Position numbers and translations under genes: made by a program. From positions 1 to 64,000 of the forward strand of contig JAEOTP010000007.1 in assembly GCA_016839765.1 (NCBI GenBank): a stretch of 64,000 nucleotides of DNA, written 5' to 3'. Below are positions 57,375 to 64,000 of the stretch, one piece after another; within the stretch, counting starts at the first letter, position 1; each line of letters opens with the position of its first letter. Below the pieces are notes generated by a model. The model searched no databases. It was not told the DNA's origin and saw only the letters and a list, made by a program, of their open reading frames with translations. This DNA comes from Promethearchaeota archaeon. Its GTDB lineage: Archaea > Asgardarchaeota > Lokiarchaeia > Sigyniarchaeales > SOKP01.

Positions 57375-58523
57375 ATGAATAATTTTGTAAGTATTTCATT
57401 AATATTAGGATATTTTCTAATTTTGTGCCTAACTTTTATTACTGTAATCTATGTAATTAAAAATCGAAAGCAATATGGTACAGATCTTATTGCTTATTTA
57501 AATATTGCAGCTGTTTTTAACTCTGGATTTATTTTTTCCACTTGCTACTTATTTTCAGTTGTTTTCTTTATTTCAAATACAACTAATCGAATATTATGGA
57601 AAATTTCAGTTATCTCATGGTTTCTCTCATTAATAATTACATCCTTTCTCTATTCATTCTTTAAAGAGTATAGAAAGATTCAAATAATTCCAATGTTAAT
57701 GATTTCGATGCTTCTCGGTCTTCTTATTGGGACTTTATTTTTACCCAATTCTATATTGATCTCTATTAGTTTTCCTCCATCTCTTCCTTTTTCTATGATA
57801 GATGTTTCTACAATTAATTATAATTTTAATTTTTTGACGGGAACAATTATTATTATCTTTCTAATATCCATTACAATTTATCTTGTATATATTTCAATTT
57901 ACATAAACCTAAAGTCAGAAAATCGTAAAGAGAGTTTACCCCTTTTTTTAAATACAAGCATTTTTACAGCCCCTATAATTTTTTATATACTTTATTTAAT
58001 CTTTCAAGTTCAATTTTATAGAGAACTTTTTGTCATTCTAATCTGGATTACAAATTTTGGATTAGATGTAATGATAATTTTAAAACCTGAAATGTTTTTC
58101 ATTTTACCAAATAAAGTTTATTCAATAAACATTTACCACAAGTCTGGAGTTCTTCTATATTCCTATAATTTTGATAAAAAGGCAAGTATTTTGAATAATT
58201 TAAAGGTATGGGGTAATATTATAATTGGATTAAATTATATTCTAAGTGAATTCGTAGATAAGTCCGATAAAATAGATGTGATTCAAATAAGAGAAGCTGA
58301 TATAGTTGTTGATTATGATAATGAATATGGATTTGCTGTAGTTGTAATTACATCAAAAAAAAATGCAATTTTAGAAAGATTAATTCAAAAATTTTCACAA
58401 GAGTTTAGATCTTTCTATAGAAATGAGTTAAATGAAATTCAAGATTTAAATCGATTAATTAATGTATCAGAATTTAAAAATGCACAACAGATTATTGAAA
58501 AAAACTTCGAATTATATCTATAA
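57375..58523 (+). CDS. Multi-pass (about 7 TM) membrane protein with C-terminal longin-like domain (paralogue of 56109-57209)
   Basis: IYHKSGVLLYSYNF...IIIGLNYIL...GFAVVVIT...LINVSEFK. Confidence 0.65.
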   Translation: MNNFVSISLILGYFLILCLTFITVIYVIKNRKQYGTDLIAYLNIAAVFNSGFIFSTCYLFSVVFFISNTTNRILWKISVISWFLSLIITSFLYSFFKEYRKIQIIPMLMISMLLGLLIGTLFLPNSILISISFPPSLPFSMIDVSTINYNFNFLTGTIIIIFLISITIYLVYISIYINLKSENRKESLPLFLNTSIFTAPIIFYILYLIFQVQFYRELFVILIWITNFGLDVMIILKPEMFFILPNKVYSINIYHKSGVLLYSYNFDKKASILNNLKVWGNIIIGLNYILSEFVDKSDKIDVIQIREADIVVDYDNEYGFAVVVITSKKNAILERLIQKFSQEFRSFYRNELNEIQDLNRLINVSEFKNAQQIIEKNFELYL

Positions 58524-58638
58524 ATTTCAAAATTACTAAATCATAAATATCTAAACATTTTTTAATGCTTATTGATATAAAATTCATAAAACCCCATGTT
58601 ATAGGTATATTATAAAATAATTTACATTATATATCAAA

Positions 58639-58851
58639 ATGGAACAAACTGAAATTCAAGATGAAGAATGGGCTCAGGATTGGAATATTATTGTGAGAAT
58701 CTATGACACAATTGATCAATTAAGAACATTATTTTCAGAATTAGATGTGCCATACTTGAGAGAAATTCAACAAAAACTTCTTATTCTCAATCTTGAAAAA
58801 TATGCATGGTCTCTTCAAAATTATATAATTGAGAAGTATTCAAAGGAATAG
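58639..58851 (+). CDS. Small helical hypothetical protein
   Basis: 70-aa ORF in an otherwise intergenic gap, with coding-like composition. Confidence 0.6.
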   Translation: MEQTEIQDEEWAQDWNIIVRIYDTIDQLRTLFSELDVPYLREIQQKLLILNLEKYAWSLQNYIIEKYSKE

Positions 58852-59001
58852 TATTATATAAGTTTAAACATACAAATGAAGAACTATTCCAGATAATTTT
58901 GAAGTCAGTAAATGATCAACTATTTATTTTAGTTAATAGAAAATAAAATATATATTTCTATTATAAAAGAAAATTTTATCAAATTTTATTAGGGAAATAA
59001 T

Positions 59002-60387
59002 ATGAGTGAAGAAATAAGTGAGCAAAAGTCCAGGTTTAGTAAGGGACAAAAATGGAGTTTTGGAATGGGGAGTTTTGCTCAGTGGTTTTATAATACGGCA
59101 TTTAATACATGGGTATTTGCATTCTATTTCACAGCAGTTAAACTAGATACTATTTATATACTACTAGCTTTCATTATATGGACAGTCTGGAATGCTATTA
59201 ATGATCCCTTATTAGGTTACATCTCTGATAGGACAAAAACTCGGTGGGGGCGTAGAAAGCCATATATAATCTTAGGATCTATTCCCATTTTAATAATTGA
59301 AATTATAATATGGATACCTCCATTAGGCAATGAATTAATAACGTTTGTATATCTTCTTATCATGCTCTTTTTGTATGATACATTTTATACAATGATTACT
59401 TTTTTTGATGCCCTTTTCCCAGAACTCTATACATCCGTTGAAGAAAGAGCAGAGGTTAATACTATTAAACAGATTTTATCCACTATTGGTTTAATAATGG
59501 CGTTCCTTATCCCTGGAATAGTAATAGGAGACACATCTGTTATGACTGGCTATTTCTTTACAGGGGTTATAACTTCGGTTATAGTAGGAATTGCATTAGT
59601 AATCGCTATTAAGTGGGGTGTAGTTGAAAAAGAAGAATTTAGAATGGATCATAAACATGAATTTTCATTTTTTAAAGGACTAAAATATACTTTCAAAAAC
59701 AAGGGATTTGTACTCTATACTATTATGTTCTTTTTATTTGAGTTCATTCTAATGTTATATAGTTATGTAATACCACTTTGGAGTCGACATATTTTATTAG
59801 AGGAAAACACATTTTCAATTGCGATCCTGCTAGGAATCATATTTCTTGTAGGGATAATTTCTGTAGTTCTATGGAAAAAGTTAGATGTCAAAATTGGTAG
59901 TAGAACTTCTTTTGCAATAGCTCTAGTTATATTTGCTATTGCAATCACTCCAATTCTATTTATCACAGATTATTTAATTGCTGTCATTGTTTTATCCCTA
60001 GCTGGTATTGGTTTTGGAGGGATGCTATATTTTATTTATCTAATTGTTGCCGATACTATTGACGAAGATGAATTAAAAACTGGTGTTCGGAGAGAGGGAA
60101 CATTCTTCGGTATCACTAACTTTTTTATGCGGCTTTCAGTAGTTTTATCAATTGTATCTGTCTCATCTATTTTTCTTTCAACAGGTTGGGAAGAATGGAC
60201 CGAAAATCCAGCAATTGACACCCTTTTTGGTATTCAACTTCTTATGGTCCTATTTCCTGCTATAGCAATAGGCATATCACTCTTATGTCTCTATTTCTAC
60301 CCTTTTACCAAAGCAAAAGTAGATGAAATGAAGGAGAAATTAGCAATTATTCATAAAGAAAAGAAAGAAAAAGTAAAATCGTTATAA
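59002..60387 (+). CDS. MFS transporter, GPH/MelB-like family
   Basis: WNAINDPLLGYISDRTKTRWGRRKPY; ADTIDEDELKTGVRREG. Confidence 0.9.
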   Translation: MSEEISEQKSRFSKGQKWSFGMGSFAQWFYNTAFNTWVFAFYFTAVKLDTIYILLAFIIWTVWNAINDPLLGYISDRTKTRWGRRKPYIILGSIPILIIEIIIWIPPLGNELITFVYLLIMLFLYDTFYTMITFFDALFPELYTSVEERAEVNTIKQILSTIGLIMAFLIPGIVIGDTSVMTGYFFTGVITSVIVGIALVIAIKWGVVEKEEFRMDHKHEFSFFKGLKYTFKNKGFVLYTIMFFLFEFILMLYSYVIPLWSRHILLEENTFSIAILLGIIFLVGIISVVLWKKLDVKIGSRTSFAIALVIFAIAITPILFITDYLIAVIVLSLAGIGFGGMLYFIYLIVADTIDEDELKTGVRREGTFFGITNFFMRLSVVLSIVSVSSIFLSTGWEEWTENPAIDTLFGIQLLMVLFPAIAIGISLLCLYFYPFTKAKVDEMKEKLAIIHKEKKEKVKSL

Positions 60388-60537
60388 ATAAAATTTCTTT
60401 TATTTTTTTAATTTCGTGATCCTGATCATAAATTAAATTTGACAAAAATATCAAAATTTATTTAAGAATAACTCTCTTATTTTTAATCGAAATCTAACTA
60501 TAATTTAAATAAATTAAATTAGAGGTGTGATTAAGAA

Positions 60538-60840
60538 ATGGCTCATTTTATGGCAACTTTAATGTACCCTACAGAAAGCGCACAGGATATTGGAAAGAAA
60601 TTTACCTCTGGAGCGTTGCCTAAATTACCTGATTTTGTAAAACAATTGTATATTTTCGTGGCAACTGCAGGTGATATAAAAACCTATTCTCTTTACGAAG
60701 TCCCTGATGATAAAAAACATGAAGGATTTAAGGCAATAAATAATAGATATGCTGGATACTTCGGAATTAAAGGTTTTAAATATACTTTAGAACCTTTGCT
60801 AACATCAAGAGAGGCCTTACCTATGATAGGACTGGGTTAG
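60538..60840 (+). CDS. Hypothetical protein (small alpha/beta)
   Basis: 100-aa ORF with GAGGTGTGA SD upstream. Confidence 0.7.
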   Translation: MAHFMATLMYPTESAQDIGKKFTSGALPKLPDFVKQLYIFVATAGDIKTYSLYEVPDDKKHEGFKAINNRYAGYFGIKGFKYTLEPLLTSREALPMIGLG

Positions 60841-60878
60841 AAATCTATAAAAATAATTTCAAATCTTTTTTTTTTATT

Positions 60879-62159
60879 TTAAATTTGAGACAATGCTTGT
60901 TCTAAGTCTCGTATTAAATCATCAGGATCTTCTAAACCAATAGAAAATCTAAAATGTGTGTCAGACATATTCATAGATCTTTTTTCCCAACCGGCTAGAT
61001 CAAATCCCGTCATAACAGCAGTATATTCAATCAATGAGGTTGTATCACCTAAGGAGACTCCAACTTTAATAAATTTAAGGAGATCTATAAATTTATAACT
61101 AGCCTCCATAGATTCTAATTCAAACCCAATCATACCACCAAAATTTTTCATTTGTTTTTTAGCGATCTCATGTTCGGGATGTGATTTTAATCCAGGATAA
61201 ACAACTTCTACTACCTTTGGGTGGTTTTTTAGAAATTGAGCAACTTCCATAGCAGTTTTACAATGACGTTCCATTCTCATACTTAATGTTCTGCATCCTC
61301 GTAATATTAACCACGCGTTAAAAGGACTTAAAATAGGACCTTGTAATTCCATCCAAAAATATCTTATGTTTTGTAATTCATTTTTTGGGCCAATAATTGC
61401 ACCACCTAGAGCGTCTCCATGACCATTTATGTATTTAGTTAAACTTTCAACAACAAAATCAGCTCCTAGTTCAAGTGGTTTCTGTAATGCTGGTGAAGCA
61501 AATGTATTATCAACAATAGACTTTCCTCCTCTTTCATGAATCAGTTCAGAACATTTTTCTATATCAATTATTTCAATAGTGGGATTTGCAGGTGTTTCTA
61601 TAAAGATTAATTTTGTTTGATCATCTATCGCATCTTCTAAGGCATCTAAATTTCTCATATCAACAATTCGAGGTTCAATACCCATTTGGGGGTAAAGGTT
61701 CATGAAAAGCCTATATGTTCCAGTATATAGATTTTTATGCATAATAATATTTGGAATTTGTTCTGGATGACGCTGAGGGTAATATTTTTCTAATTTTTTA
61801 GGTTTTATTCTCTTTATTCTTTTTTGTAGAACACTTGAAGAAACAAGATGGATTGCTGCCATACCTGATGCTACAGACAGCGCGTCCTCCCCTCCATGTA
61901 AGGTTGCAAGTTTTTTATCCAGAGCATATAAAGTTGGGTTCTCGGTTCTAGAATAAAAATAATGCTTTTTTAATAATTCTGTCATAGACGAGTAAACATA
62001 AGACTTGGTTGCATAAATTGGTAAGCGTAAACTATTTTCTGTAGAAGGATATGGATCCTCTCCTGCTCTAATTTGCTGTGAATCAAAATTTTGATTATCC
62101 CACACTTTACGTAATTCTTTATATATTTGATCCATAGTTTTTTTCTTTTCTTCGTCCAT
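60879..62159 (-). CDS. Cys/Met metabolism PLP-dependent enzyme (methionine gamma-lyase / cystathionine gamma-lyase family)
   Basis: YSRTENPT, ASGMAAI, ETPANP, DNTFASP, SLTKYINGHGD, VSLG. Confidence 0.92.
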   Translation of the reverse strand: MDEEKKKTMDQIYKELRKVWDNQNFDSQQIRAGEDPYPSTENSLRLPIYATKSYVYSSMTELLKKHYFYSRTENPTLYALDKKLATLHGGEDALSVASGMAAIHLVSSSVLQKRIKRIKPKKLEKYYPQRHPEQIPNIIMHKNLYTGTYRLFMNLYPQMGIEPRIVDMRNLDALEDAIDDQTKLIFIETPANPTIEIIDIEKCSELIHERGGKSIVDNTFASPALQKPLELGADFVVESLTKYINGHGDALGGAIIGPKNELQNIRYFWMELQGPILSPFNAWLILRGCRTLSMRMERHCKTAMEVAQFLKNHPKVVEVVYPGLKSHPEHEIAKKQMKNFGGMIGFELESMEASYKFIDLLKFIKVGVSLGDTTSLIEYTAVMTGFDLAGWEKRSMNMSDTHFRFSIGLEDPDDLIRDLEQALSQI

Positions 62160-62161
62160 GA

Positions 62162-63667
62162 TTATCCCTCCAAACCTGTTATCCCTTCAGTAGAATCTGA
62201 TTTCTCCATCCCTTCCGCTTTTCGGAAATCGTCATAAGTTCTAGAGTAAATGCGCTTATAATACTCTTGTAATTTACCTTCGATTTCTGAAGAAATTCCG
62301 GGTCCTTTTTGAGTTTCAAGAATTTTATTAACTCTTTCTCTAGCTCTCATTATAATATCTTTACTTCCAAGTTTACTCCAAATTCCACGGCGATCTCGAT
62401 CCACTAGTTTTGGCACAAAAATCTCCTTTCTAGTGTTTTTAGCAGTGTGTTTCAACATTAAATAATTTTTTCCTTCAGTTACCGCTCTCTTAATCTCGTT
62501 GATAGCTAATGATTCCTCATCTACTCTAATTCCACTGATCCCACGTTTTACTATGTCAATCAGCTCATCATCTATCACTAGCAACTCTAATGCTTCTGCC
62601 AGTGAAGATTCATACGTACCTGCACAGGTAATATAATTGATTCCGGCATTAGCTGCAAAATAGAGGGTCATAAAACGTTCAAACCCACATTGAATGTCAA
62701 AACATTTTGATTCGGTTACAGCTCCAGGTCCTCTTGAAGGAATATTATAAAAACGAGCTAATTGCGCTGCAGCTGTTGTTATTAAACCTGTTTCTATAGA
62801 TCCCCAAGCTACATTCCCAGTTGGAGGATCCATTGGGGCATTCATAGTGGAATAAAACACTGGGGCTCTAGGATTGATTAACTGTGTCAACACAATCGAG
62901 GATAATGTTTCCATATTAGATTGTATTAATAAACCAGCTAAAGTAACTGGAGCAGTCGATCCAGCACTTGCAGCTGGAGCAATAATTGTGGGTTGTTTAT
63001 ACTTTACAAAAATAAATAACCCGTTTAGCATGATCTTAGTAAGAGTTAGTGGGCTTGTTGGATTAAAAAAACCAATTAATCTTGGTTTATTAATTAACTC
63101 TTCATCTCCTCCAACAATAATAGATGTTAGATTCATCATATCTTGGGAAGCAACTTTTCCATAACAACCCAATCCATATGGTTTATAACTGTTTTGCGCC
63201 CATGCACGAATTGTGTGGTAGTGAAGTTCTAAATAAGGGATATCATTTGGCCAGACATCTACGTGTGAACACATAATGTTTTTTAAGTTATCTACTATAC
63301 GTATTTGTTTTATAGTATCTTCTAAAATTGTTTTACGAATTCCTTTTTTCTTGGAGGGATCATAGATTTTTACTGGAGTACCTACCGTTGCAAAATTAAC
63401 AGTAGATGTATTTACTTCGAACTTAAATGACCCATCTGGACCCCATAAAGAAAATGATTGAGGAACTTTTTTTAATTGTTCTTTCACAAGATTTTCCGGA
63501 AACCTAATAAAATGATCCTTCGCTAAAGTACATCCATTTTCTATCAATAGTTCCTTTGCTTCTTCTGATTCAACTTTGACTCCAATCACTTCCAATAAAT
63601 TTAGAGTATTTGAATGAATTAACTCAATCTCATCTTTAGATAATACTTCTATTTGCTTTAATTTCAT
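62162..63667 (-). CDS. Trimethylamine methyltransferase (MttB) superfamily protein, non-pyrrolysine
   Basis: SPL, AGSTAPVTLAG, GSIETG, AQLARFYNIPSR, DIQCGFE; no in-frame TAG. Confidence 0.9.
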   Translation of the reverse strand: MKLKQIEVLSKDEIELIHSNTLNLLEVIGVKVESEEAKELLIENGCTLAKDHFIRFPENLVKEQLKKVPQSFSLWGPDGSFKFEVNTSTVNFATVGTPVKIYDPSKKKGIRKTILEDTIKQIRIVDNLKNIMCSHVDVWPNDIPYLELHYHTIRAWAQNSYKPYGLGCYGKVASQDMMNLTSIIVGGDEELINKPRLIGFFNPTSPLTLTKIMLNGLFIFVKYKQPTIIAPAASAGSTAPVTLAGLLIQSNMETLSSIVLTQLINPRAPVFYSTMNAPMDPPTGNVAWGSIETGLITTAAAQLARFYNIPSRGPGAVTESKCFDIQCGFERFMTLYFAANAGINYITCAGTYESSLAEALELLVIDDELIDIVKRGISGIRVDEESLAINEIKRAVTEGKNYLMLKHTAKNTRKEIFVPKLVDRDRRGIWSKLGSKDIIMRARERVNKILETQKGPGISSEIEGKLQEYYKRIYSRTYDDFRKAEGMEKSDSTEGITGLEG

Positions 63668-63792
63668 AATAATCTTCTTTAAAATAAGCCTGATTATATT
63701 AAATAATATATGATATGATGAGTTTAAAAAACTTATTTTAAAGAATTCATTTTTGATAATAAATTAATTTTAAAATATTTAAGGGATATTGC

Positions 63793-64000
63793 ATGTCAAT
63801 TGAAGATGAAATGAGACAATTTGTAGAAGAATGGGATAAAGAAGGATTAAAAGAAATGTGTAAATCCTTAATTGATAAAGGAAAGGCTAGTCCTGAAGAA
63901 TTATTAAAATTCATTGGAAATATAATGAAATTTATTGGTGAACAATTTGAAAACGAAGAGATTTTCCTTCCAGATTTAATTGGTGCTGCTGACACTGTAA
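63793..64000 (+). CDS. Corrinoid (B12-binding) methyl-acceptor protein, N-terminal cap domain (partial, runs off the window)
   Basis: MSIEDEMRQFVEEWDKEG...MKFIGEQFENEEIFLPDLIGAADTV matches the B12-binding_2 cap motif; divergent from the MttB homologue. Confidence 0.8.
   Translation, partial: MSIEDEMRQFVEEWDKEGLKEMCKSLIDKGKASPEELLKFIGNIMKFIGEQFENEEIFLPDLIGAADTV

Noticed and set aside
61750-61830. Basic insertion in the PLP lyase as a second, in-frame intron
   Set aside because: The frame is open and I could not find BHB pairing at its edges; more likely a protein loop.
62162-63667. Pyrrolysine-containing MttB
   Set aside because: The ORF is full length with no in-frame TAG.
110-63995. Short ORFs in the track overlapping long genes (e.g. 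110-355, 7819-8034, 21018-21314, 34761-35204, 51398-51721, 63747-63995)
   Set aside because: Antisense or alternate-frame shadows of well-supported CDSs; 63747-63995 is antisense to the corrinoid protein.
1-64000. Genome-wide TGA reassignment
   Set aside because: TGA terminates several ordinary genes here (e.g. those ending at 9797, 27612, 31797 and 36786), so the 51735 TGA needs a local explanation.
1-64000. CRISPR arrays, rRNA or tRNA genes, integrases or proviral genes
   Set aside because: No regularly spaced repeats, GC-rich structural RNA tracts or viral hallmark genes seen by eye; no covariance search was run.

Overview
AT-rich archaeal window, most likely from an Asgard archaeon of the Lokiarchaeia type. 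This is inferred from a Loki-CTERM-like surface protein, roadblock, longin-like and small-GTPase proteins, and GGTGA/GGAGGT Shine-Dalgarno sites. Layout: (1) 1.3-15.5 kb, a minus-strand array of three Ig-repeat single-pass membrane proteins with a conserved cytoplasmic tail, interleaved with two longin/uDENN-like paralogues and ending in a TrmB-HTH/coiled-coil protein. (2) A surface protein, a roadblock protein and a GCS2-ligase/amidohydrolase operon. (3) 27.6-43.4 kb, an isoprenoid supercluster encoding the archaeal (Aeropyrum-type) mevalonate pathway plus prenyltransferases. (4) A solo tnpB, GH38 mannosidase, two orphan DNA methyltransferases, a roadblock-GTPase fusion, two membrane-longin fusions and an MttB-family/corrinoid pair. 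Two recoding signals missed by the ORF track stand out. First, the mevalonate kinase gene is split inside its LFGE|HFVVYG motif by a 31-nt insert (37300-37330) whose junctions form a bulge-helix-bulge motif with cut sites that exactly restore the frame, making it a candidate tRNA-splicing-endonuclease-type mRNA intron. Second, a hypothetical gene (51774-50845) has an in-frame TGA at codon 14 and a eukaryote-like SECIS hairpin right after its stop, making it a candidate new selenoprotein. Three genes appear to start at ATT/ATA. All assignments come from reading the sequence by eye; no searches or folding programs were run.
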